Below are positions 1-8,961 of a stretch of 64,000 nt of DNA, piece after piece. Made by a program: the position numbers and the translations under genes. Source of the DNA: Anaeromyxobacteraceae bacterium (GTDB taxonomy: Bacteria > Myxococcota > Myxococcia > Myxococcales > Anaeromyxobacteraceae); NCBI GenBank assembly GCA_032654565.1, contig JAULAX010000017.1, forward strand, positions 544,001 through 608,000, written 5' to 3'. The first letter of the stretch is position 1. Every line of letters begins with the position of its first letter. The notes beneath the pieces are model-generated. The model did not search any database. It saw only the letters and a list, made by a program, of their open reading frames with translations, and was not told where the DNA came from.

Positions 1-2
1 GG

Positions 3-410
3 GGGCCGCACGGCTCCATCTACCGCCCGCTGCTGGAGCGGAACTACGTCACCCAGGACGGCACGCCGGAGGGGCCCGACGCCTACGCCCTCTGCTACAA
101 GTGCCACCAGCGCGACACCCTGCTCTCGACGCGCTCCTCCTTCCCGCTCCACGCCACCCACGTCTCGCCGGGCCCGGCGGCGAAGCTGGCCACCGCCATC
201 CCCACCCCCTGCTCGGTCTGCCACAACGCCCACGGCGTCTCGTCGCTGGTGGGCAGCCCGTCCGCCAACGCCCACCTCATCGACTTCGACCTCAACGTGG
301 TCAAGCCGTTGCCGGGGGAGGCCGCTCCGCGCTACACCGCCACCGGGGCGCGCGGCGGCTCCTGCGCCCTGACCTGCCACGGCCAGGCGCACCGCTCGCT
401 CTCCTACTGA
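3..410 (+). CDS. 3' end of a multiheme c-type cytochrome (partial; gene starts before the window)
   Basis: Not in the ORF track. Frame 3 reads GPHGSIYRPLLERNY...ALCYKCH...PCSVCHNAHG...HLIDFDLNVV...GSCALTCHGQAHRSLSY-stop (TGA 408-410): two CxxCH and one CX3CH. Confidence 0.9.
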   Translation, partial: GPHGSIYRPLLERNYVTQDGTPEGPDAYALCYKCHQRDTLLSTRSSFPLHATHVSPGPAAKLATAIPTPCSVCHNAHGVSSLVGSPSANAHLIDFDLNVVKPLPGEAAPRYTATGARGGSCALTCHGQAHRSLSY

Positions 411-443
411 CCCGGCGCGCCGTCCCCGGCGCCGGTCACCGAG

Positions 444-1670
444 GTGAAGGTGCGGATCGCCGTCTTCACGGGTCACTTCCACCCCCACGTCGGCGGGGTG
501 GAGCGGTACGCCCGCGCCCTCTTCTCCCGCCTGGCGAGGCGCGGCCACGCCGTGGCCCTGCTCACCTCGGCGGCCGGCGGTGGCCCGCCGCTGGAGACCG
601 TGGACGGGATCGAGGTGGTCCGGCTGCCGGTGCTGCCGCTCTTCGACGCCCGCTTCCCGGTGCCGCTCCCCGGCCCCCGGCTCTGGCGCGGGGTGGCCGG
701 GCTGCGCCGCTTCGCGCCGGAGGTGGTGGTCACCAACACCCGCTTCTTCCCGGCCAGCTGGCTCGGCACCTGGTTCGCCGACGCCGCGGCCCTGCCCCAC
801 CTGCACGTCGAGCACGGCTCCGGCCACGTCCGGCTGGGCAGCCCGCTCGCCGACCGGCTCGCCGCCGCCGTCGACCACGGCCCGGGGCGCTGGGTGGTCC
901 GCCGCGCCACCCACTGCGTCGGCGTCTCCGGCGCGGTGGTCGACTTCCTCGCCCACCTGGGGCGGCCCGGCGCCGGCCTGCTCCCCAACGGCGTCGATCT
1001 CCCGGAGCCGGGCGGTGAGCCGGGTGATCCGGGCGGTGCGCGGCGCGACCCGGGCCACGACCCGCGAGTCCGCGAGCAGGTGCGGGCCCGGCTCGGGGTC
1101 GGGCCGGAGGAGCCGCTGGCCCTCTACGCAGGCCGCGTCACCGCCGACAAGGGGGCGCTGGTGCTGCTCGACGCCCTGGCCCGGGTGCCCGGGCTCCACC
1201 TGGCGGTGGCCGGCGACGGCGAGGCCCTGCCCGAGCTGCGCCGGAGCGCCGCCCGGCTCCCCCGCCTCCACCTGCTCGGCCAGGTGGCGCCGGACGAGGT
1301 GGGCCGGCTCCTGGCCGCCGCCGATCTCTTCGTCCACCCGTCCTGCTGCGCCGAGGGGCTCCCCGGCGCCATCCTCGAGGCCGCCGCCGCCGGCCTGGCC
1401 ATCGTCGCCACCCCGCAGGGGGGGACGGTCGAGGTGGTCCGCTCCCCCGGCCACGGCCTGCTGGTGCCCCCCGGCGACGCCGCGGCGCTGGCCGCCGCCA
1501 TGGCCCGGCTGGTCGACGACCCGGCGCTGCGGGCCCGGCTGGGGGCCGAGGCCAGGCGGGTGGTGGCCGAGCGGTTCACCTGGGACCGGATCGCCGGACT
1601 GGCCGAGGCCGAGCTGCAGTCCCTGGTCGACGCCGCCGGTGCCGGTGGTGGCCGGCCTCCACGTTCCTGA
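444..1670 (+). CDS. GT4 family glycosyltransferase
   Basis: N-terminal FHPHVGGVE; YAGRVTADKG; ADLFVHPS..EGLPGAILEA (EX7E motif); FTWDRIA C-terminus. Confidence 0.92.
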   Translation: MKVRIAVFTGHFHPHVGGVERYARALFSRLARRGHAVALLTSAAGGGPPLETVDGIEVVRLPVLPLFDARFPVPLPGPRLWRGVAGLRRFAPEVVVTNTRFFPASWLGTWFADAAALPHLHVEHGSGHVRLGSPLADRLAAAVDHGPGRWVVRRATHCVGVSGAVVDFLAHLGRPGAGLLPNGVDLPEPGGEPGDPGGARRDPGHDPRVREQVRARLGVGPEEPLALYAGRVTADKGALVLLDALARVPGLHLAVAGDGEALPELRRSAARLPRLHLLGQVAPDEVGRLLAAADLFVHPSCCAEGLPGAILEAAAAGLAIVATPQGGTVEVVRSPGHGLLVPPGDAAALAAAMARLVDDPALRARLGAEARRVVAERFTWDRIAGLAEAELQSLVDAAGAGGGRPPRS

Positions 1671-1759
1671 GAGCCTGCGGCGCGTTCACCCGGCGCCCGC
1701 CTTTGGGCTATGGTTCGGCCCGCCGACCCACCCGATTCGCCAGCGGAATCACAGGTTCC

Positions 1760-2467
1760 ATGCCCGCCCCCACCCGGCTGCTCGTCGTCATCCCCGCCTT
1801 CAAGGAGGCCGCCCGGATCCGCGCCGTGGTCGCCGCGGTGCGGGCCCAGGTGACCGCCGAGGTGCTGGTGGTGGACGACGGCTCCCCCGACGCCACCGCC
1901 GCCGAGGCCCTCGCCGGAGGCGCCATCGTGGCCTCGCACGCCGTCAACCTGGGGTACGGCTCGGCGCTGCAGACCGGGTACCGCTACGCCCTCCGCCACG
2001 GCCACGACGCCGTGCTCCAGCTCGACGCCGACGGCCAGCACGACCCGGCCTCGATCCCGGCGCTGCTGGCGGCGCTGGCCACCCACGACGTGGTGGTGGG
2101 GTCGCGCTTCCTGCACCCGGGCTCCTACCGGCCGCCGCTCTCGCGTCGGCTCGGCATGGGGCTCTTCGGCGCCATCGCCAGCCAGCTCTCCGGCCAGCGG
2201 CTCACCGACCCCACCAGCGGCTTCCAGGCCATCTCCCGCGGCGCCCTCGAGTTCTACGCCAACGACCGCTGGCCGCACGACTACCCGGACGCCGACGTGC
2301 TGGCCATGGTGGCCCGCGCCGGCCTGCGGCTCACCGAGGTGCCGGTGCGCATGCTCTCCTCGCCGGACGGCAAGAGCATGCACGGCGGGCTGCTCCGGCC
2401 CCTCTACTACATCTTCCGGATGACCCTCGCCCTGGCGCTGGTCCCCCTGCGGAACGAACGGCCATGA
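1760..2467 (+). CDS. GT2 glycosyltransferase, polyprenol-phosphate-sugar synthase (DPM1-like)
   Basis: VIPAFKE, VVDDGSPD, NLGYGSAL, LDADGQHDP, VVGSRF, TDPTSGF motifs; ATG at 1760. Confidence 0.92.
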   Translation: MPAPTRLLVVIPAFKEAARIRAVVAAVRAQVTAEVLVVDDGSPDATAAEALAGGAIVASHAVNLGYGSALQTGYRYALRHGHDAVLQLDADGQHDPASIPALLAALATHDVVVGSRFLHPGSYRPPLSRRLGMGLFGAIASQLSGQRLTDPTSGFQAISRGALEFYANDRWPHDYPDADVLAMVARAGLRLTEVPVRMLSSPDGKSMHGGLLRPLYYIFRMTLALALVPLRNERP

Positions 2468-2868
2468 CCCCCACCCAGCGCATCTTCGCCATCGTCACCT
2501 CGATCTCCACCTTCCTGGTGGTGATGGAGCTGATCCGCCGCCGGCGCCTGCGCGAGGAGTACGCCCTCCTCTGGGTGCTGACCACCGCCGGCATGATGGT
2601 GCTGGCCACCTGGTACGGGCTCATCGAGTGGATCACCCAGGCCATCGGGGCGGTGGCGGTCACCACCACCATCTTCCTCTTCGCCCTGCTCTTCCTGCTC
2701 CTCATCAGCGTCCACTTCACCACCGTGCTCTCCCGCCTCACCGTGCAGGTGCGGCGGCTGACCCAGGAGCTGGCCATCCTGCAGGCCGAGCGCGGACCGG
2801 CCACCCCGCCCGCCGCGCCCTCCACGCCCTCCGGGGGGCCGGCCGCCGGCCCGGAGCGCCGTTCGTGA
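2464..2868 (+). CDS. DUF2304-like small membrane protein
   Basis: MTPTQRIFAIV...ELIRRRRLREEYALLW...LSRLTVQVRRLTQELAIL; about 3 TM helices; ATGA overlap with the GT2 gene, the usual partner of this family. Confidence 0.85.
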   Translation: MTPTQRIFAIVTSISTFLVVMELIRRRRLREEYALLWVLTTAGMMVLATWYGLIEWITQAIGAVAVTTTIFLFALLFLLLISVHFTTVLSRLTVQVRRLTQELAILQAERGPATPPAAPSTPSGGPAAGPERRS

Positions 2869-5348
2869 ACCCCTTGATGAAGCCGCTGGACCGACGCTGG
2901 CTGGTGGCCGCGGCGCTGCTGACCGCCGCCCTCGGGTTCCTCGCCTACCTCACCGAGGTGCGCGACCCCGACATGTTCCACCACATGGCCTACGGGCGGG
3001 ACATCGCCCAGCACGGCCTGCGGGCCGAGGAGCCCTTCCTCTTCCCGCTGCGGGGCACCGCCACCGGGCCCATGCCCTACTGGCTCGGCAGCTTCGTCAT
3101 CTACCTGTGGGCCTCCGCCTTCGGCGACGGGGCCATGGCCTGGTTCTCCGCCGTCTTCGGGGCCCTGCTGGCGGTGGTGCTGCTCCTCGACTCCCGGCCG
3201 CGGCGCGGCCCCTGGACCGTCAGCTCGCTGCTGGCCACCGCGGCGGTGCTGGTGCCGCTGCTCGCCTTCGGCCGCTACCGCGCCTTCGCGCGCCCGGAGC
3301 TGCTGGCCACCGTGCTGCTGGCGGTGGTGATGTGGTCGATCCGCCGCTTCGAGGAGGGGCAGCCGCGCCGGCTCTACGCCCTGCCGGTGCTGGCCGTGCT
3401 CTGGACCAACCTCCACCCCTCGGTCCCGGTGGCGGTGGTCCCCCTCGGCGTGATGATCGCCGTCGGCCTGGTGGTCCACGCCCTGCGCCGCCTCACCGGG
3501 CGCCCGCTGCAGGAGACGCCGCCCCTCCACTCCCTGGGGCTGGCCACCGCGGTGGGCGCGGCCACCCTGCTGGCGGCGCTGCTCTCGCCGTCGCCGTTCA
3601 ACCCGCTCATCACCTCGCTCCGCTTCGCCCTCTCCAGCCTCGGCATCGAGAACATCGGCCCGGCCGCCCAGGAGTCGGTGGAGCGGATGCTCCCCTTCGC
3701 CAAGCGGATGGTGCTGGAGATGCAGCCGCTCGACTGGAGCGCGCTCAACGACACCTTCGGGGTGGTGCTGGCCATCACCGCCGTCGGCTTCCTCGCCAAC
3801 CTGCGGCGGCTGCGCTGGCGGGAGCTGGTGACGGTGCTGGCCTTCGCCTACCTCGGCTTCAACGCCGGCCGCTTCGCGGTGATGCTGGCGGTGGTGGCCG
3901 CCCCCATCACCGCCCGCAACCTCGGCGAGGCGCTCGAGGAGCTGCCGGAGCGCTGGGTGGCCGGCTGGGCGCGCCCGGCCGCCGCCGCCGCCCTGCTGGC
4001 CGGCACCATCGCCGGCTGCGCCTGGTTCCCGGTGCCCAGCGTGGTCCGCTTCGGGACCTCGCTGCGGGCCTACGCCTTCCCGGTCCGCGCCGTCGACTAC
4101 CTGCTGGCCAATCGCTTCGATGGGCCCATCTTCAACACCTTCCACTTCGGCGGCTACGTCGAGTGGCGCACCAACCGGATGACCTTCCAGGACGGCCGCG
4201 GGCTCATCGTCCCCGGCGAGGAGGACGCCTCGGTGAGCGGGCCGCAGAACTACGGCCTCTTCTACGGGCTCGACCGGAAGTACCGCTTCGAGGCGCTGGT
4301 GGTGAACTACCCGCAGCCCGACCCGGCCGCGGCGGCGTCGCTGGCCGCCGCCAACCCCGAGGCCGACTGGGGCGCCGACCGGCGCTTCTGGGCGCTGGTG
4401 GCCTTCGACGACGGGGGGATGCTCTACCTGCGCCGCGACGGCCGCTACGCCTCGCTGATCGAGCGGGACGAGTTCCGCCTGGTCCGCCCGGCCAACAGCT
4501 ACCTCAACGTCCCGAGCGGGCAGGCACCGCAGTTCCTCGGCGAGCTCCGCCGCAGCGTCGCCGCCGCCCCCGGGTGCGTGCGCTGCCGGCAGCTGCTCGG
4601 CGCCACGGCCATGTCCATCGGCGCCTGGGACGAGGCCTGGAACGCCGTCTCGCCGCTGCTGAAGGGGAGACCGGTCCCCGAGCAGTCCGGCGCCATGCTG
4701 GTGGCGGCCCAGGCCGCCGAGGGGCTGGGGCTGCTCGACGAGGCCACCGCCACCTACCGGCAGCTCATCCAGCTGGGCCAGGAGGCCGGACCGGCGCGGC
4801 GGGCCCTGACCCGGCTGGCCCTGAAGCGCGGCGACGCCACCGAGGCCACCCGGGTGCTGGCCCCGCTGATCGCCGGCGGCGGCACCGACCCGGCCGACGT
4901 GGCGCTGGCCATCGAGGTGGCCCGGGCCGCCAACCGGCCCGCCGAGGTGGCGGCCTGGACCGCCCGGCAGCAGCGGCTGCAGACCGAGCTGCTGGCCATG
5001 CAGTACCACGACAAGGGCATGTCCTCGGCCAACCAGGGGAACCTGCAGGCCGCCATCACCTGGTACGAGGCGGCGCTGGGGGTGAGCGAGACCCCCCAGG
5101 TCCGCTCCGCGCTGGGGCGGGTCCTCCACGATCTCGGCCGCTACGCCGAGGCCGAGGCCCAGCAGCGGCGCGCCATCGCCGTCGGACCGGGCTACGCCAT
5201 GGCCTGGTACGGCCTCGGCGACACCCTGGGCGCCCGCGGCGACCGCGCCGGCGCCGCCGCCGCCTACCGCCGCTTCATGGAGCTCGAGCCCTCCGGCTTC
5301 TGGTCGGCCAAGGCCAAGCAGTCGCTCGACCGGCTGGAGCGGCGCTGA
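2865..5348 (+). CDS. Multi-TM GT-C-like membrane protein with C-terminal TPR repeats
   Basis: DPDMFHH..GR..EEPFLF acidic first loop, RPEL, LWTNLHPS, about 11-12 hydrophobic segments, then TPR-like helices (AWYGLGDTLGARGDRAGAAAAYRRFMELEP). Start GTG 2865 or ATG 2877. Confidence 0.75.
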   Translation: MNPLMKPLDRRWLVAAALLTAALGFLAYLTEVRDPDMFHHMAYGRDIAQHGLRAEEPFLFPLRGTATGPMPYWLGSFVIYLWASAFGDGAMAWFSAVFGALLAVVLLLDSRPRRGPWTVSSLLATAAVLVPLLAFGRYRAFARPELLATVLLAVVMWSIRRFEEGQPRRLYALPVLAVLWTNLHPSVPVAVVPLGVMIAVGLVVHALRRLTGRPLQETPPLHSLGLATAVGAATLLAALLSPSPFNPLITSLRFALSSLGIENIGPAAQESVERMLPFAKRMVLEMQPLDWSALNDTFGVVLAITAVGFLANLRRLRWRELVTVLAFAYLGFNAGRFAVMLAVVAAPITARNLGEALEELPERWVAGWARPAAAAALLAGTIAGCAWFPVPSVVRFGTSLRAYAFPVRAVDYLLANRFDGPIFNTFHFGGYVEWRTNRMTFQDGRGLIVPGEEDASVSGPQNYGLFYGLDRKYRFEALVVNYPQPDPAAAASLAAANPEADWGADRRFWALVAFDDGGMLYLRRDGRYASLIERDEFRLVRPANSYLNVPSGQAPQFLGELRRSVAAAPGCVRCRQLLGATAMSIGAWDEAWNAVSPLLKGRPVPEQSGAMLVAAQAAEGLGLLDEATATYRQLIQLGQEAGPARRALTRLALKRGDATEATRVLAPLIAGGGTDPADVALAIEVARAANRPAEVAAWTARQQRLQTELLAMQYHDKGMSSANQGNLQAAITWYEAALGVSETPQVRSALGRVLHDLGRYAEAEAQQRRAIAVGPGYAMAWYGLGDTLGARGDRAGAAAAYRRFMELEPSGFWSAKAKQSLDRLERR

Positions 5349-5354
5349 CCGGCC

Positions 5355-5909
5355 TCAGCCCCGCGGCGCCTGCTGGTGGCGCGTGTGGCAGCGCAGGCAG
5401 AGGTCGCTGAACCCGAAGCGCAGGCCGGACCGGTGGCGCTTCAGGTCGTGGGGATCGTGGCAGGTGTGGCAGGCCACCTTGCCGCCGGGGAGCAGCGGCA
5501 GGTCGCGGGCCGGGGTCGCCTGCACCACGTCGACCGGGTGGTTGGCGTGGCCGAAGGCGTGGCAGCTGACGCAGAGCGCGATGGCCCCGCTGGTCAGGCC
5601 GGCGTCACCGGGCAGGTGACAGCGCTGGCAGAGCGGCCGGCCGAGGTAGGCGTGCGGGTTGCGCACCGCCGCCACCTGTGACTCCGGGTACGGCGTGAAC
5701 TCGACCCGTGGCCGGCGCGGACCGAACAGCCCGGCGCACCCGGCCACCGACCCCAGCGAGCCGAGCAGCCCGAGCGCCACCAGCCAGCGCCCCGCCACCG
5801 ACCACCCCGCCCGGCGGAGCGGCCCGGGATCGAGGGCCGCAGAGGCGTCCGCCGTGGGCGCGGGGCCCTCGGCCGGCGCGGCGGTCCTGGCGGTGGAGGC
5901 GGCGGTCAT
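5355..5909 (-). CDS. Tetraheme cytochrome c lipoprotein (paired CxxCH type)
   Basis: Lipobox-like VAGC; CQRCH, CVSCH, CHTCHDPH, CLRCH; HPV distal His. Start uncertain (ATG 5909). Confidence 0.85.
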   Translation of the reverse strand: MTAASTARTAAPAEGPAPTADASAALDPGPLRRAGWSVAGRWLVALGLLGSLGSVAGCAGLFGPRRPRVEFTPYPESQVAAVRNPHAYLGRPLCQRCHLPGDAGLTSGAIALCVSCHAFGHANHPVDVVQATPARDLPLLPGGKVACHTCHDPHDLKRHRSGLRFGFSDLCLRCHTRHQQAPRG

Positions 5910-6085
5910 GGTGGGGTGCTCACGAGGCGGCGGAGGGCGGCCGGGCGACGTGGGGCACGGTAGCACGACCGGGCAGCCGCGGCTCCGGGACGGCCTGGAA
6001 GGACGCCGTGCTTCCGCCCACGCTGGTGAATGGTTGCTTTCCATCGGAGCGCCGCTTCCCCCGCTGCGTGCTAGATTCCCGCCCG

Positions 6086-6436
6086 ATGCGGGACCGGCTC
6101 ACCATCCTCAACGCCTTCATCCACGACGTCGCCACCGGCACCTGGATCGGCACGCTCATCCTCCTCACCATGCTCCACCGCGAGACGCAGCGGCCGGCCT
6201 GGTTCCTGGCCTCGCCGCTGGTCCCGGGGCTGGAGCGGAAGTTCCTGGTGGTCACCTGGGTGAGCCTGGCCGTCATCATGGCCACCGGGGTGGTCCGCAT
6301 GGTCACCTGGAAGGTCTTCGGGTGGACCGGGGACATGGAGCGGAGCCGCATCCAGCTCCTCAAGGTGAAGCACGCGCTGCTCGGCGTGGTCTTCGCCGCC
6401 GGCACCGTGTACCAGTTCATGCTGGTCTATTCGTGA
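6086..6436 (+). CDS. Small 3-TM membrane protein (CopD/DUF4149-like)
   Basis: MRDRLTILNAFIHDVATGTWIG...LLKVKHALLGVVF; His residues in TM segments; GTGA overlap with the next gene; TGcTAGATT -10-like element just upstream. Confidence 0.7.
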   Translation: MRDRLTILNAFIHDVATGTWIGTLILLTMLHRETQRPAWFLASPLVPGLERKFLVVTWVSLAVIMATGVVRMVTWKVFGWTGDMERSRIQLLKVKHALLGVVFAAGTVYQFMLVYS

Positions 6437-7506
6437 GCCTCGGCCACACCCTTCGACGCGCCCCCCGGCTGGCGTCGGTGCTCTGGCGGCTGCGGCGCGG
6501 GCGGCTCACCTTCGCCAGCGTCAACCTGCTCAACCGCTGCAACCAGGCCTGCCCCATGTGCGCGGTCCACGGCGGCCCCGACGTCCAGCTCCCGCTGGCC
6601 GACCTGGAGCGGGCCTTCGAGGCCCTGGCGGCGGGAGGCCTGAAGGTGGTCGAGCTGTCGGGGGGCGAGCCCTTCCTGCGGCGCGACCTGGCGGCGGTGG
6701 TGGCGGCCCTCGACGCCCGGGGCCTGCTCTACTCGTTCAACACCAACGGCACCGCCATCGACGAGGTCGGGCTGGGGGCGCTGGCCGGCGGGCGGGGGCT
6801 GCTGCAGGTGGCGATGAGCCTCGACTCGCTCGACCAGCAGCGCTACCGGCTGCTGCGCGGGCGCGACCTGCTCTGGCAGGCGCTGCGGGGGCTGGATCGG
6901 CTCCTCGCCGCCCTGCCCGCCACCACCCTCAAGCTCAACATGGCGCTGAGCCGGCACAACCACGCCGAGGTGGACGACCTGCTCGACTTCGCCGGGAGGC
7001 GGGGGATCTTCCTCTCGGTCTTCCCGGTCAACCAGGGGCCCGGCGTCCACCGCAGCGACGGGGAGACCTTCGCCGCCTCCGGCGCCGAGCGCGAGGCCAT
7101 GGCCGCCACCTTCGAGCGGCTGGCGGGGCTGCGACGGCGTGGGGCGCCGCTCTGGGAGCCGAGCGCCTTCTACCGGGCGGCCGCCGCCTACCTGCGCGGC
7201 GGCCCCAACGGCCGCTGCGGGGCCGGCCGGCTCTACCTCGACGTGCGCGCCGACGGCACCGTGGCCCCCTGCGTCGACCTCCCCTCGGTGGCCACGCTGG
7301 ACGACCTGGTGGCGGGGCGGGCCTGGGCGGCCCTGGAGGCGGCCCAGCCGGCCGTGGACCGCTGCCGGGCCACCACCCCCTGCTGCTACACCTGCACCGT
7401 CAACCTGGCCGAGACCGGCCGCCACCCGCTGGCGGTCGCCGCCGAGACGGCGCTGGTGCTGCTGCGCGCCGCCGGCCGGCGCGGCGACGACGAGCAGCTC
7501 CCGTGA
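6433..7506 (+). CDS. Radical SAM protein with SPASM/twitch-like C-terminal domain
   Basis: CNQACPMC (CX3CX2C), SGGEPFLR, NTNGT, SLDS; C-terminal CGAG...DGTVAPC...C...CCYTC. Confidence 0.9.
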   Translation: MSLGHTLRRAPRLASVLWRLRRGRLTFASVNLLNRCNQACPMCAVHGGPDVQLPLADLERAFEALAAGGLKVVELSGGEPFLRRDLAAVVAALDARGLLYSFNTNGTAIDEVGLGALAGGRGLLQVAMSLDSLDQQRYRLLRGRDLLWQALRGLDRLLAALPATTLKLNMALSRHNHAEVDDLLDFAGRRGIFLSVFPVNQGPGVHRSDGETFAASGAEREAMAATFERLAGLRRRGAPLWEPSAFYRAAAAYLRGGPNGRCGAGRLYLDVRADGTVAPCVDLPSVATLDDLVAGRAWAALEAAQPAVDRCRATTPCCYTCTVNLAETGRHPLAVAAETALVLLRAAGRRGDDEQLP

Positions 7507-8957
7507 CCACCTCCCCGGCCCGCGACGCCTCCGGTGGCCTGCCGGTGCTGGTCGCCGGCGGCGGCCCGGCCGGCCTGACCGCGGCGCTGACCCTGGCCCG
7601 GGCCGGGCGCCAGGTGGTGGTGGCGGAGTGCGCCGACGGGGTGGGCGGCCTGGCCCGCACCGTGGAGCGGAGCGGCTACCGCTTCGACATCGGCGGCCAC
7701 CGCTTCTTCACCCGGGTCCCCGAGGTCCAGGCCCTCTGGGACGAGCTGCTCGGCCCCGACATGCTGGTGCGCCGGCGCCGCTCGCGCATCCTCTTCAACG
7801 GCCGGTACTTCGACTACCCCATCACCGCCGGGAGCGCCCTCTCCGGCCTGGGCCCGGTGGAGAGCGCCCGCATCCTGCTCGGCTACCTGGCCGCCCGGCT
7901 CCGCCCCATCCGGCCCGAGGCCACCTTCACCGACTGGGTCACCAACCGCTTCGGCCGTCGCCTCTTCGAGACCTTCTTCCGCACCTACACCGAGAAGGTC
8001 TGGGGGATGCGCTGCGAGGAGATCGGCGCCCAGTGGGCGGCGCAGCGAATCCGGGGGCTGTCGCTCCGGGCCGCCATCGCCGACATGCTCCGGCGCGGCG
8101 CCGGCGGCCACCGCACCCTGGTGACCGAGTTCCAGTACCCGCGACTCGGCCCGGGGATGCTCTGGGAGCGGATTCGCGCCGAGCTGGAGGCTCTGGGGCA
8201 GCGGGTGCTGCTCGGCCACCGGCTGGTGGAGGTGCGCCACCAGGGCGGCGCCGTCGGCGAGGTGACGCTGCAGGGACCTTCCGGGCCGGTGGTGCTCCCG
8301 GTCTCCGGGCTGATCTCCACCATCCCGCTGCGCGACCTCACCGCCGCCTTCTCGCCGGCCCTCCCGGCGCCGGTCGCGGCCGCGGCCCGCGCCCTGCGCT
8401 ACCGCGGCTTCCTGGCGGTGGCCACCATCCTCGACGGCGCCGAGCCCTTCCCGGACACCTGGCTCTACCTGCACGACGCCGTGATCCGGGCCGGTCGCAT
8501 CCAGAACTTCCGCGCCTGGAGCCCGGAGCTGCTCCCCCGCGCCGACCGCGCCTGCCTCGGCCTCGAGTACTTCTGCTGGGCCGGCGACGAGCTGTGGCGG
8601 AGCAGCGACGCCGAGCTGGTCGAGGTGGCGGCCCGGGACCTCGAGGCGCTCGGCTTCGCCCGGCGCGCGCAGGTGCTGGAGGGGCACGTGGTCCGCATGG
8701 CCGAGGCCTACCCGGTCTACGACGACGGGTTCGTGGAGCGGCTCCGGGTCATCCGCGAGGGGCTGGCGCCGCTCGGCAACCTGGTGGTGGCCGGCCGCAA
8801 CGGCATGCACCGCTACAACAACATGGACCACTCCATGCTCACCGGCATGCTGGCGGCGCGCCACCTGATGGGCGAGCCGCACGACGTCTGGACCGTCAAC
8901 GCCGACGACCAGGAGGTCGAGCCGCCGGCGGTGCCGGCCGGCGACTCGACGGGCTGA
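7503..8957 (+). CDS. FAD-dependent oxidoreductase (HemY / UDP-galactopyranose mutase-like, glycan-cluster-associated)
   Basis: GGGPAGLTAA Rossmann motif, VGGLART, FDIGGHRFF, YTEKVWG, AYPVY, GRNGMHRYNNMDHSM. Confidence 0.85.
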   Translation: MTTSPARDASGGLPVLVAGGGPAGLTAALTLARAGRQVVVAECADGVGGLARTVERSGYRFDIGGHRFFTRVPEVQALWDELLGPDMLVRRRRSRILFNGRYFDYPITAGSALSGLGPVESARILLGYLAARLRPIRPEATFTDWVTNRFGRRLFETFFRTYTEKVWGMRCEEIGAQWAAQRIRGLSLRAAIADMLRRGAGGHRTLVTEFQYPRLGPGMLWERIRAELEALGQRVLLGHRLVEVRHQGGAVGEVTLQGPSGPVVLPVSGLISTIPLRDLTAAFSPALPAPVAAAARALRYRGFLAVATILDGAEPFPDTWLYLHDAVIRAGRIQNFRAWSPELLPRADRACLGLEYFCWAGDELWRSSDAELVEVAARDLEALGFARRAQVLEGHVVRMAEAYPVYDDGFVERLRVIREGLAPLGNLVVAGRNGMHRYNNMDHSMLTGMLAARHLMGEPHDVWTVNADDQEVEPPAVPAGDSTG

Positions 8958-8961
8958 CTCC

